From: a virus
DNA: 64,000 bases
IMG/VR virus record: IMGVR_UViG_3300031466_000074
Direction: 5' to 3' (one strand)
In this document: positions 20,079 through 30,194 of the stretch, in pieces
Numbering within the stretch: position 1 is the stretch's first letter
How the letters are laid out: the number at the start of each line of letters is the position of its first letter
Notes under the pieces: model-generated
Seen by the model: only the letters and a program-made list of their open reading frames with translations
Told to the model about the DNA's origin: nothing
Database searches by the model: none
Translations under genes and position numbers: made by a program

Positions 20079-20087
20079 AGGAAATTA

Positions 20088-20172
20088 TGGTGCGTCTAGA
20101 GGGAGTCGAACCCTCACGTCCGAAGACACACGATTTTGAGTCGTGCGCGTCTGCCAGTTCCGCCATAGACGC
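20088..20172 (-). tRNA. tRNA-Leu(CAA)
   Basis: CACGA-CTCAAAA-TCGTG; CCA encoded. Confidence 0.93.
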
Positions 20173-20185
20173 ATATTTAACTCAA

Positions 20186-20272
20186 TGGTGCGCCCGACAG
20201 GAATCGAACCTGTATGACCCAAAGTCTCGGGATTTTAAGTCCCGTGCGTCTCGCCACTTCCGCCACGGGCGC
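20186..20272 (-). tRNA. tRNA-Leu(UAA)
   Basis: CGGGA-CTTAAAA-TCCCG; CCA encoded. Confidence 0.93.
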
Positions 20273-20294
20273 AAAGATGGCGTAAAGTTAAGAA

Positions 20295-20369
20295 TGGTAC
20301 GTAGGGGATTCGAACCCCTGTCTCTCGGCGTCGCGCCACTCGTGTCCTAGACCACTAGACGAACGTACC
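20295..20369 (-). tRNA. Glu-type tRNA body with disrupted anticodon arm (pseudo-tRNA or mimic)
   Basis: Perfect acceptor, D and T arms; anticodon arm replaced by GGCG-CGA-CGCC. Confidence 0.65.
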
Positions 20370-20375
20370 ATGATA

Positions 20376-20452
20376 TGGTGACGTGGACGGGATTCGAACC
20401 CGTAAATGCCGCCTTGAAAGGGCGGTGTGTTAGACCGTTTCACCACCACGCC
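20376..20452 (-). tRNA. tRNA-Glu(UUC)
   Basis: CCGCC-CTTTCAA-GGCGG; CCA encoded. Confidence 0.93.
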
Positions 20453-20458
20453 ATGTTA

Positions 20459-20545
20459 TGGTGGGGAAGGTGAGATTCGAACTCACTTAGCCATTAGACA
20501 ACGGATTTACAGTCCGCCGCGACTCGCCTTCTTCGCCGCTTCCCC
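20459..20545 (-). tRNA. tRNA-Tyr(GUA)
   Basis: GCGGA-CTGTAAA-TCCGT, long variable arm; CCA encoded. Confidence 0.92.
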
Positions 20546-20606
20546 ATGCAAGACCTGTCGAAGTTTACAGCACCTTATTTAGTACCCGCCCTAGCGAGAT
20601 GTCTAT

Positions 20607-20635
20607 ACTATAACATGGCTACACAACGCCGTCAA
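20607..20635 (-). promoter_or_regulatory. sigmaA-type promoter of tRNA cluster
   Basis: TTGACG-17 bp-TATAGT with extended -10 TG. Confidence 0.8.
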
Positions 20636-21315
20636 CACATTTTTGAAACTTTTTTCTTATAGTTTTTCGCAAAGTCTAACTGGTTTGTTGGCAACACTTA
20701 AATAAGCCCTCGAAAAATGAACTTTTGTCTGAGAGCCTTAAGCTGAAGTCTTAATGAAATTTGAAAGTTATATAAGAATTTCAAGTCACCTAGATACTCA
20801 CCATTCTCAGTCATTCCATCCCCTCCGAACAAAAGAAAAGGCGTGATCAGCAACCTTCGCAGATTACTGATCACGCCATCTAACAAGCAAAGGATAAAGG
20901 AAATACCCCTCACCCTGCTTCGAAGCGTGTTATCCTACACGTAACCCCGAGTGCTGATCGCAGTGAACTTTTGTATTCAAACACCTTACGCTCCAGACGC
21001 TCCACGAGTTCTAAGCGCAACACCAAAAGGAGTCCGTAATAACCGGACTCCTTCAGAACTGAATACAAAAGTCCCCGCGTTACAGAGCTGAAAATGGACG
21101 CACGAACCCCTTGAGTAGACCCGCAAGAAGCTAAATCCACCGAGAACGGAGTTGATATTTGCATTTTCAGCACCCCAACACGCAAGATTTGATGAAATAT
21201 AAGAATATCTTAACACAAAAGTACTAAAGTGTCAAGAGAAGTACCCCATCCAAGGGATCAACGGAAATGTAGAGTCTGCATGCGCGTTCTTCGAATGAAC
21301 AACTACCATGTAAAT

Positions 21316-22245
21316 CTATCCAACCTTTAAGTCTTTATTCACAGAAAAATAAACCGTGATATGTTCGTAATCGTCGAGCGTACCTTGCACCCCTTCAATG
21401 GTTAAGAAAAACTCATCCTGTGATTTCGGTACCTCGTAAGCAACCCAACCAGAAAACGAATCGCCGGGATACAACACACTTTTTAGCGTATGGCTCGTCG
21501 GCTTAAATAAAGCCTGTGAGTAATGCTCGCCATTGGGTGAAACCAAACCATAAAACGGATTGTTTGGGAGAGTTATCGAGTCCATTCCAAGGGAAGACGA
21601 GTGCCAAGTGAACGTTGCGTTTATCAAAAGATACTCATAATAACCCCCAAACGAAGATTCCAAGTCCTCAGTGGTTAACCCCATATCACGCAGGAGAGGT
21701 TCGACTGCTTCTCCACGAACGACCTCATTCACACGAATAGTAAAGTTGTCTACGTTAGAACCAAAATAAGGCTTCACCGCAAAATCAACTTCTACACCCA
21801 AAGGAACTGGATTATCCTGAGAACCGTACCCCTTCAAATCCGTGCGAAGCTCAAAATCCTCCGTGAAGAAATCGACCTCGATAGGGGCGTACTCCTGCCT
21901 ATCGAAAGAAACGTTGGCAAAACCCCACAACCACGGATTGATCTCCGCCGCGACACGTGACGAGAACGATTGTAACGTCGGAATACCCTCCAAAGAACGC
22001 TGAATTCCATAAGGAAGCATGATGATCATCGTGTAATTCAGGGTCAAAACGACAAACATGAACACGTACGCCCAGCATACCGCACGGAAAAACCACTTAA
22101 GCACGGATGAAAGTCGCTTGAGCGAACTCTCCTTGGGAAGCGCCTCAGCACCTGTCAGATCGCAACCGCAGATGACACAATACCTTTCTGACTCATGATT
22201 CCGTGTCTTACAAAATGGACAAATATACTCTAACTCGACTTCCAA
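21316..22245 (-). CDS. zinc-ribbon + transmembrane + extracellular DUF4352-like domain protein
   Basis: CPFC...CVICG, hydrophobic helix, LYPGDSFSGWVAYEVPK. Confidence 0.65.
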   Translation of the reverse strand: MEVELEYICPFCKTRNHESERYCVICGCDLTGAEALPKESSLKRLSSVLKWFFRAVCWAYVFMFVVLTLNYTMIIMLPYGIQRSLEGIPTLQSFSSRVAAEINPWLWGFANVSFDRQEYAPIEVDFFTEDFELRTDLKGYGSQDNPVPLGVEVDFAVKPYFGSNVDNFTIRVNEVVRGEAVEPLLRDMGLTTEDLESSFGGYYEYLLINATFTWHSSSLGMDSITLPNNPFYGLVSPNGEHYSQALFKPTSHTLKSVLYPGDSFSGWVAYEVPKSQDEFFLTIEGVQGTLDDYEHITVYFSVNKDLKVG

Positions 22246-22318
22246 AGAAAAACACCCCGCTATATAAACAATGAAGGCTAAGACAAAAGCCTTAGCCTTA
22301 TATGCCGTCGTAGAAAGA

Positions 22319-22681
22319 TTACTTCGAAGGTGCTTCAGAAGTATTGATCCGAATATCAACAAAAGTCACATTAACCGCATCCACTCGGTATCCCGTCATA
22401 GCTTCGACCTCTTCGATCACTGCTTTTTGAACATCGGCGGCAACCTTCAACAGATTAAACCCATAATCCACAACAAGACGAATGTCAAAAATCACCGCAG
22501 AGTCATCAATTTGCTGAACCGTAATTCCCTGCTGATGCGTATTCCGAGTGATGAACGAGTTGATAGTTTCCATCAGAGTAGCCCCGAAACGACTTACCCC
22601 TTCAACCTTCAAGGTGGCTTTAGACGCCAAAATAGCGAAAACGCTTTGCGAAATCGTCACATTACCCAAGACTTGATGCAT
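22319..22681 (-). CDS. Asp23/Gls24 family envelope stress protein
   Basis: GNVTISQSV..A..VEGV; VDYGFNL..VQKAV..VEAMTGYRVDAVNV. Confidence 0.88.
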   Translation of the reverse strand: MHQVLGNVTISQSVFAILASKATLKVEGVSRFGATLMETINSFITRNTHQQGITVQQIDDSAVIFDIRLVVDYGFNLLKVAADVQKAVIEEVEAMTGYRVDAVNVTFVDIRINTSEAPSK

Positions 22682-22893
22682 GAATAACCCTCCTTTCAAT
22701 TTCCTAAAAGTATAATCCGAAGTAAGAAATCCCTGCACCTAGTTACAAGAAAAGACATAAAATCAAAATAAAAGGAGAGGTTCACGTGGAACCTCTCCTT
22801 TCTTCAACCTAAACTTAAAACCTCCTCAACCCAGAAAAACAACTAGTCCTATCCCCCATAAAAGAAACCCTCACATCAGTGAGGGTTAAAGAC

Positions 22894-24186
22894 CTAGAGT
22901 AAAGACAATTGAAAGGAGTCCAAAACTGTTTCCCGTGTCCTACCCCATGATGAGTACATCCGTGCAAAAAGACTCGTACTCGAAATGACGTCGAGAAGCG
23001 ATTCTTTCGTATGTTGCTCTAACTTCCCATTACGAACCGCATAGCAAACCGGATCGATTTGATCCATACAAGTAACTGCAACGGAAAGATAAAACTTGAA
23101 GGACTCACCCTGGAGCTTATCTAAAAGCACATAAAAATTGAGCTGATCGAGATCCAAATACCCAAAACGCAAAGAACCTTGCCACTCATTTGGAAGATTC
23201 GTCGGATCATGAATACCCCGATACGGTTTCTCGGGAAGCTCCGTGTCCATCCTCCCTGCACCATGACGTGTAAGATAAGCTCGGGTCACATAACAAACTT
23301 CCATAATCACCCCCGTCTCATTAGACGCAACTGGATATTGAAGTGAACGCAACCAACCTTCTGAACCTGCGATAATCTTGAGAACATTGATCAACCCGGT
23401 TTTACTATGAGTAATATGCGGTGCAAACTCCTCCAAGTCCTGATCCAGCAACAAACCTTGAGCGCCTTCAAAAATAAGTGCATCGAAATGTTCGAAAAGC
23501 GCTTTGTCCGTCGTGATTAAGACATGATCAAGGAAGAACTGAACATCATCCAAAAAGTTATTGAACAAAAGATTGACGTCCAACGAAAGAAACTCATGAT
23601 GAAGTTTCGGATACCCCAACTCCGATAACCGCATGGGCATATAGTCATAGACCAAGAATTTCAACTTGGCGCGAAGCTCATTGTGATTCAACAGATCACG
23701 AACGCGCAAATGCACCTTGGTAAGCGGATGCTCATTCCGAACTACCGTTTCACTGATCCCCAAACCACAACTTCCATGCCGAGCATCACCCCTTGCTCGC
23801 TCAACTGCTTGATTTATCCATACATCCACTGGAGTAGTGACAAGAGAGTCAGGATGCACATAAATAAGTGGGATTTTTCCTTTAAGTTTCTTACAAAGAA
23901 CCCTATGCTCCTTCACGAACATTGTCGGATTCGAGATGAAAAACTGACTCAAATAGGTTGGTACCCCTTGCAACGTACCGGAACCGAAATGACTGAAGAC
24001 ATGCTCCAACCCTTCTGGAGTTACGACCGTATGTGCCGCTTGCGCTCCACCATTAAATCGGATGACCAACGGTTTACGTCCTTCATCAAGAGCTTGCGAA
24101 ACAAAATAGTCCGTCATCAAACCCTTACCTTCATCCCCAAAATTCGCTCCAATAACCACTCTAACTATCTTATCGAAATTCCCCAT
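22894..24186 (-). CDS. divergent adenylosuccinate synthetase (PurA)-like protein
   Basis: GANFGDEGKG, RFNGGAQAAHT, FEGAQGLLLD, YLTRHGAG; TTGR substrate loop absent. Confidence 0.85.
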   Translation of the reverse strand: MGNFDKIVRVVIGANFGDEGKGLMTDYFVSQALDEGRKPLVIRFNGGAQAAHTVVTPEGLEHVFSHFGSGTLQGVPTYLSQFFISNPTMFVKEHRVLCKKLKGKIPLIYVHPDSLVTTPVDVWINQAVERARGDARHGSCGLGISETVVRNEHPLTKVHLRVRDLLNHNELRAKLKFLVYDYMPMRLSELGYPKLHHEFLSLDVNLLFNNFLDDVQFFLDHVLITTDKALFEHFDALIFEGAQGLLLDQDLEEFAPHITHSKTGLINVLKIIAGSEGWLRSLQYPVASNETGVIMEVCYVTRAYLTRHGAGRMDTELPEKPYRGIHDPTNLPNEWQGSLRFGYLDLDQLNFYVLLDKLQGESFKFYLSVAVTCMDQIDPVCYAVRNGKLEQHTKESLLDVISSTSLFARMYSSWGRTRETVLDSFQLSLL

Positions 24187-24354
24187 TCAAAGAACCCCTC
24201 TCTACGAGAATTATTTATACAAGCATTATAACCTTTTTCTCCTTACAAGACAACTTTCTCCTACACAAAAACACATAGTTAAGAAAAAAGCACTGGAGTT
24301 ACTCCAGTGCTTAAGAACTTTTGATACACTGAGTTAAAACTCAGTTAGAAGCGA

Positions 24355-25284
24355 TTAGAAGCGACGGATACCCGTGTTTGGATCTTGCGGAATCAGTGTC
24401 AGCGAGTCGAGCGCTTTGGCAACCACGATACTGGTCGAACCATCCCAACTTGCGGCAACCTTAGCTTTGTCCTCCCCGTTCATAACCTGCAGGGTGGAAA
24501 CGATAACCTCACCCATCTTGGTATGATCGTCGAGGAAGATGACCCGTTGACCGAGCAGTTCACGCCACTGGCGCTCCACTTCCTTGCTGTCATGCAGCCA
24601 GCCACTGCCTTCCTTGACCACGATGTGAAAGACCTCGTACTGCCGTGTAACCGCATTCAAGAGCTGTTCCGCGCTCATGTTGGCTTGCACTTCATCCCCG
24701 AACACTTCGAGAATTTGCCCCTTCGTAAGCTCCGGCGTCGGGCGCTCATCGCCTACAGTAAACAGGTAGCCCTTTTTGCCGCGCTTCTCGAAGTGATCGG
24801 TGCTGGTTTTGAACGCCCCGAAGTACCACGCCAATGCGTAACCCTCGAAGTCATTTATACCACCGCCCTTCTCAAGCCAGATTTTCGTGAGCTGTTCCGC
24901 GATGCGAATGTCCGCCTCGAACTGCGTGACTTGAAGCGGAGCATCATCGTAGTACGGATCACCGATACCCCCAAACAGGATGTGTGGGTCTGCAACAGGC
25001 TTCCGATTGTAGATCTCCGTCGCCAGCGTCGGCAGTCCGGTACGCGCCATCGCGTCCAACACCATCGACATCGACCCGGTGACGTCGAGGAACACCATGA
25101 TCGGGGTGGCGTTCGGATTATCCGCCGAATCCCGTGACTCGCGGATCACGCCTTTCGGATTGAGATCTTTGTGCAGAGAACTTGCGCTGTAAATCCCGTC
25201 ATACCCAGAAGTCGACTTTTTGCCCGCGATATGAGTGCGCGAGTAAGCATCCCAGTCGGAAGAACTCCAACGTCCGCTACCCAT
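24355..25284 (-). CDS. vWA domain protein
   Basis: MIDAS DVTGSMS; GGIGD; FTVGDE. Confidence 0.85.
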   Translation of the reverse strand: MGSGRWSSSDWDAYSRTHIAGKKSTSGYDGIYSASSLHKDLNPKGVIRESRDSADNPNATPIMVFLDVTGSMSMVLDAMARTGLPTLATEIYNRKPVADPHILFGGIGDPYYDDAPLQVTQFEADIRIAEQLTKIWLEKGGGINDFEGYALAWYFGAFKTSTDHFEKRGKKGYLFTVGDERPTPELTKGQILEVFGDEVQANMSAEQLLNAVTRQYEVFHIVVKEGSGWLHDSKEVERQWRELLGQRVIFLDDHTKMGEVIVSTLQVMNGEDKAKVAASWDGSTSIVVAKALDSLTLIPQDPNTGIRRF

Positions 25285-25367
25285 ATGTATAACGCCTCCT
25301 TAAATTTATTGTGTGTAGTATAACGCATAAGTCTAAAGATGACAAGCTATATCTTGAAAACGAGGAT

Positions 25368-26420
25368 TTATTTCCTTTCAGGTGGGTAAATATCCTCAAA
25401 CCGAATAGGCATGTCGACAAACTGCCGCTTACCCCACGACGCGTCCAACACCTTCTGCCAATGCGTATACTCCTTAAAAGGTGTATCCCCAGCTGGATGT
25501 AACACCCACTCCGCAAAAGGCTTTGGAATTTCTGGATCACGAACTAACATAGTACCAGCCGGATTCCCAAGCAAAGTCCGAGCGATAAACTTGATGCTTT
25601 CCAAGTCCGTCAAATGCGTGGAAGTACCACTAGACTTAGCCTTGTTAGGCATGATATCATAGACTTCATCCGGTACCCCTAGAAGACGATCACCAAGCGG
25701 TTTCGAGAAGCCCCAACCCCCAACAATAACTGCCGAGTGATTCGGCGGCGAAATGGTGACGGTATCAAGCGTGATCCCGTTATGCGCCCGCTGATTATAA
25801 TGGATGAAACATGACAAATTCAACAAAGCGCTGACAATCCACGCAACATGGCGCGGAGGTACCTTCCCATGATAATGATTGAGAATATCTCGAAGATAGA
25901 ACAAGTCCGAAGGTTTCGAGAGAATTACCCCTAAGACGTCCTCTTCCTTCGCTTCAAACGACTCCAAAACCTTTGGCAAGAAACGGCTGAACTCCTGCTC
26001 CATCGCCTTGTCCGCATACCTAAGCGAAGTCAGGCTGTGAAGGAAATTTTCGTAAATGTCTCGATTTGCCTTAGCAAACAGGCACATGACCGTGTTCTTA
26101 CCGATGTACGCAAACCCTTCTGGCATTTTACGGCTGACCAAATACTTATAGCGGATCAACCTACCGTTAGTCGTCCAAACCAGATACACATTCGAGATAG
26201 CCCATGTACCTTTTGCCAAGTCCTTTTGCGCCTGACCATACAACTTATTGATTTTTGCCATAATCTCCGATGCTTGTGGATGCGAACACACATCCGGGTG
26301 CCACAACTTTGAAAGAGTTTGATACTCCTTCTTCAAGAAAGCGGCATCCTGCGTAAAAATGTCACCGGGGCAGTTGGCATTAAAGATATCTTCTGCCGTA
26401 AGAGCGGCGACAACTTTCAT
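25368..26420 (-). CDS. J-domain + kinase-like fold protein
   Basis: YQTLSKLWHPD...IMAKINKLY J-domain; HVAWIV..LL..IH...AHNGI kinase-like C-lobe with degenerate catalytic motifs. Confidence 0.7.
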   Translation of the reverse strand: MKVVAALTAEDIFNANCPGDIFTQDAAFLKKEYQTLSKLWHPDVCSHPQASEIMAKINKLYGQAQKDLAKGTWAISNVYLVWTTNGRLIRYKYLVSRKMPEGFAYIGKNTVMCLFAKANRDIYENFLHSLTSLRYADKAMEQEFSRFLPKVLESFEAKEEDVLGVILSKPSDLFYLRDILNHYHGKVPPRHVAWIVSALLNLSCFIHYNQRAHNGITLDTVTISPPNHSAVIVGGWGFSKPLGDRLLGVPDEVYDIMPNKAKSSGTSTHLTDLESIKFIARTLLGNPAGTMLVRDPEIPKPFAEWVLHPAGDTPFKEYTHWQKVLDASWGKRQFVDMPIRFEDIYPPERK

Positions 26421-26953
26421 GAATACCCCTCCCCACACTGAAATTTCTACCAGTATACCTTAATTCTTCAAGTAAGGCAAACAAGTCCGCAAATAAAACA
26501 AAATAAGGCTCGCGCAGAAAGTTGCGCAGAGCCTTTCACCTTGCGATTATTATATTGTCAAGAATTATCGTCTGAGATTCCAAGCACCCTTTAACTGCTC
26601 AACAACAGAGGCAGCAAACATATCCAAAGTGGCATTTTCATAAAGATCAACCGGACACTTCGCATTCGGAGTGATGGAGTTGATTACCCCTGATAGGGCT
26701 AGTCGATTTGCAGGTGACTTCCATACTCCACTACCGTTGTAATGCTATGAAGTTGCCCTATTTGACCCACCTGACCTACACCGCCATGCACACGGAGCGT
26801 GTCAACCATTTACCTCTCACTTATAAATAAGATCAGAGTCGAGCGGAACCCCTCTCCGTCCGTGGAAGATAAGTTGTCGTCCTTGACATCGGCATTCCGC
26901 CCACCTCCATATCATAAAACCATGTGCTATTGTAACGTAGAAGTCCTACCCCG

Positions 26954-28588
26954 TCAAGTGGTAGGTTTAGATGAATTAGACGGTAACCCAAACTCCAACA
27001 AAGTGTCGCCCACCGCACCAAGCAGTTGGTGACTCCATGTTTGCACCGCACTAACATTCGAATCAAAAGTCTTATTAAAGGAAGCCAAGTTCTCCAAAGT
27101 GGCAACCATCTCTTGCGTCGAAGCAGAACTTTGTTGTAAAGAGGAACTAAACTCCCCGAGGGAGCCTTCAATGACCTTAGTGTTGTCATGGATTTGTGTA
27201 AGATGTACCATCATATTTTGCGTCGAGCTGTCGACCCCATGCACAGCGTCCACTATGGAACTGAAGGACTCGTCGACAACCTCAACGCTCTTCCGAATCT
27301 GATCAAAGACCGCTTTACCCGATTCAAGAGCTTTCGTATTCTTCTCCGCACCCGCACAAAGGGTAACCGTCGTCTGCTGAACCGCTTTCGCCAGATCCGA
27401 AGACTGTTTCGAGAGCTTCCTTATCTCAGCGGCGATTACAGAAAAACCTTTCCCATGCTCCCCAGCGCGGGCAGACTCAATGCTGGCGTTAAGGGAAAGG
27501 ATATTCGTTGCTTGCGCCACCTGTTGGATCGCCTCATTGTGCTTGATGATTTGATTAAGCTTCTCGACCATTTCCCGATACCCCTCTTGAAAGGTGAGGG
27601 TGAACGCGTGGAAGGCTTTAAGATGTCCGATAAATGCGCTAAGTTGTTCCCGACCTTTATTCGAAAGCTCCGCCGTTGCATTGGAGTTCTCTGCGATGGA
27701 TGCCAACTCCTGTGTAAAATGATCCAATGACTGTACCGTTTGTTGCAGAGACGCATAAATGTCAGACACACTTGACGCTTGATGCTCAATCGCCTTTCCA
27801 ACTTCGCGGGATGCTACAACCAACCCATCCAAAGACTGTGACTGCATGTTACTCTGCTTACCTAAATCGAGCGCAAAAGCATTCAACCCTTTGATAGTGT
27901 CTACAATAACATCCCGCTGTGACGTAAGCTGATTCGACAAACGAACCGTCTCATCATAAATAGTATTGGCACTACGCTGGTAGTAACGATGCGCGAAAAC
28001 TGAGTCAAACAACAAGAACGAAACAAGGATGTAGAAGAAAATGTAGACCAGCGTAGAAACCAAGTCACCATCATTACCCCCTGGGATTCCTAAGAGCGCA
28101 TGAAGACCATTGGAGCGGTAGAGGAAGACAAGCAGGAGGATAGACGTGAGGAAGTTGGTCATCAAGTAAACTCGATATCGTCTATGCATAACTCCCATCA
28201 TAAGGATGCATAAAATCGAAAAATAGTCAATGACGCTGGGTAAGAATACAAAACGGAAAAGTAAAGTCAAAGAAACTGTAAAGAGTGCAACGTAAGGAAT
28301 CAAGTGAATTGAACGAGACTTACGCTTTGAGCCAAGATTCAACCAAAAAGCAAAAACAAACGCCAACAGAAAATCCAAGACAGTGAACGCTACCAAAAGA
28401 CCTTTAACATTCGACTGTGGGTAGGCATCTGTATAATAAAACAACACCAAATAGAGATTGAGAACCGCAAGTAAAGCCAGCCCGATAAGTAAAGAAATGC
28501 TTCGGGTCTGGAAGTCCAGTTGCTCCAAAGTCTCAATGTCCTTTACCTGCGAGTACCGACCAAACCACGTGCGTTCTCGAAGCCCCAC
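26954..28588 (-). CDS. methyl-accepting chemotaxis protein
   Basis: Multi-TM N-terminus; TNILSLNASIESARAGEHGKGFSVIAAEIRKLS signalling hairpin. Confidence 0.93.
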   Translation of the reverse strand: MGLRERTWFGRYSQVKDIETLEQLDFQTRSISLLIGLALLAVLNLYLVLFYYTDAYPQSNVKGLLVAFTVLDFLLAFVFAFWLNLGSKRKSRSIHLIPYVALFTVSLTLLFRFVFLPSVIDYFSILCILMMGVMHRRYRVYLMTNFLTSILLLVFLYRSNGLHALLGIPGGNDGDLVSTLVYIFFYILVSFLLFDSVFAHRYYQRSANTIYDETVRLSNQLTSQRDVIVDTIKGLNAFALDLGKQSNMQSQSLDGLVVASREVGKAIEHQASSVSDIYASLQQTVQSLDHFTQELASIAENSNATAELSNKGREQLSAFIGHLKAFHAFTLTFQEGYREMVEKLNQIIKHNEAIQQVAQATNILSLNASIESARAGEHGKGFSVIAAEIRKLSKQSSDLAKAVQQTTVTLCAGAEKNTKALESGKAVFDQIRKSVEVVDESFSSIVDAVHGVDSSTQNMMVHLTQIHDNTKVIEGSLGEFSSSLQQSSASTQEMVATLENLASFNKTFDSNVSAVQTWSHQLLGAVGDTLLEFGLPSNSSKPTT

Positions 28589-28790
28589 AACAAAACCTCC
28601 TTTACAAAACACAAAAATAAAGAATCAAAACCTAAACAAATTAACACCAGTTCCAACTCGAAAGAAAATAAAACATAAAAAGTGAGGAAAGTACAGAAAA
28701 GAGCGAAGAAATTATGTAGAATTTCCATTTCTCTGAAAACACAAAAGAGGGGTTCATGTGTCTGAACCCCTCTTGGATTATCAATAACCG

Positions 28791-28869
28791 GGAGTCTGAA
28801 GGGATTCGAACCCTTAACGATCAGTCGGGTGATCAAGCCGATGACCGTTCTGTCACCTACAGCAGACTC
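28791..28869 (-). ncRNA. tRNA-like RNA with elongated anticodon arm
   Basis: GAGTCTG/CAGACTC acceptor, AAGGG-TTCGAAT-CCCTT T-arm, ~12-bp central arm; terminator 28743-28774 downstream. Confidence 0.65.
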
Positions 28870-29043
28870 AAACTAGAAAGAACAGGAAACATGAAGGGGA
28901 ATACCCCACCAGAGATGTCCTTATTGTACGCCTACAGTACGCACAGGTCAACTAAAGATTCGTTAGTGGATAATTATTCGTAAGTACTCCAGCAGTGGGT
29001 GGGTGGGGATCTTGCTAGGAACCGTGCTTTGCTACAAAGAAGG

Positions 29044-29466
29044 TTAGTCTATTCCGAACAAAACATTTGAACGCTGACCCACCCAAAGTCTACAGGACGC
29101 ACCCTCGGAAAGCTTCCAGTCCTTCGTGGTGCGAAAGATATGTATGGTTCCTTGAGTGTCCTTTACCGTCAAAAAGTAGTCTCCCTTTGTCCCGGTGTAC
29201 CAAGAACGACTTGGCTGGAACGAAAGAACAATACCATCAAGTTGACGAAAAGCGGAATTTCTCCAATCCGCCCAAAGAAACCATCCTTTTCGCGCAAAAA
29301 TCAGTCCGAAGAACACACATAACGATCCCGGTACCCCCAACCAAGCCTCTATCGGGAAAAGCATCAGAAAGAGCCAACAACCAAAAATCAAAAGCAAGAG
29401 GAAAAGGACTACACGATACGTGATTTCCGCTATGAAAAGACGCTTATCCGGTAAAAAAGTTGACAT
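29044..29466 (-). CDS. hypothetical membrane protein
   Basis: Two TM helices; RBS GGGGTG. Confidence 0.65.
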   Translation of the reverse strand: MSTFLPDKRLFIAEITYRVVLFLLLLIFGCWLFLMLFPIEAWLGVPGSLCVFFGLIFARKGWFLWADWRNSAFRQLDGIVLSFQPSRSWYTGTKGDYFLTVKDTQGTIHIFRTTKDWKLSEGASCRLWVGQRSNVLFGID

Positions 29467-29512
29467 TCAATCACCCCAAAGAACAGAATGAGGGATATCC
29501 CTCCTTGGAGGG

Positions 29513-30064
29513 CTATCGAGGTCTCTTTACCCACTCATCAAATTCAAGAAGAAAATTGACTTCCTCTTCACTGAATATCACCGCACCGCTCTCTTCCTCG
29601 GTCGGAACAAGCGAAGCATAATGGTAGGCTTGCCGCGCCGCAAAAAGTAAGCTATCACCAAAAGTCTTAAGCGTTAAGATATTATTCGAGCGCGGAATGA
29701 GATGTTGAAGCTCAAGAACCATAAACTCATAACGCCGCCATTTAATAAGAGGACTGCCACGATAGTTCGGAAGGTTCGTGCGCTTAGAAAGCAAAGGATC
29801 GTTTTCTTCCACCGACCACCCAAACTGCGAAACCAACTCAACATTACCCCCCCCCATAAACCGCCGACACGCGTGTACCAAAAGCTGTCCTGCCGAGCGC
29901 AAGTCTTCATACGCATCCAAACGAGGTATAGACTCCCGCAAAATACGGATACGCTCAGATTGAATTTCCGCTTTTGTAAGACTCGGTTGAGGGAAAGAAG
30001 GCTTCACCTTCCTAGCACCGCGACGTGAATTAGGAAGACGAGCGAATAAAGTTTGCCGATTCAA
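29513..30064 (-). CDS. hypothetical protein
   Basis: 183-aa ORF with upstream promoter-like element. Confidence 0.55.
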   Translation of the reverse strand: MNRQTLFARLPNSRRGARKVKPSFPQPSLTKAEIQSERIRILRESIPRLDAYEDLRSAGQLLVHACRRFMGGGNVELVSQFGWSVEENDPLLSKRTNLPNYRGSPLIKWRRYEFMVLELQHLIPRSNNILTLKTFGDSLLFAARQAYHYASLVPTEEESGAVIFSEEEVNFLLEFDEWVKRPR

Positions 30065-30194
30065 AGGAAAAACCGCCTCAAAAACGATTGGTCTCAGTTT
30101 ACCAAAAATTTTAAGGAAGTCAACAAGTCTTTTTATTATTCTTCAACATTAAAACAAATCTTAACCTAAAATCTCCATCATCCGTAAAGAGATA

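Noticed and set aside
19774-20350. ORFs over tRNA clusters and the tmRNA operon (also 31553..31926, 39355..40447, 56097..56441, 4752..4970)
   Set aside because: They overlap structured RNA genes; translations are non-protein-like
22894-24186. PurZ (2-aminoadenine DNA pathway)
   Set aside because: Retains the catalytic Asp in GDEGKG, and no datZ/mazZ-like neighbours were recognised
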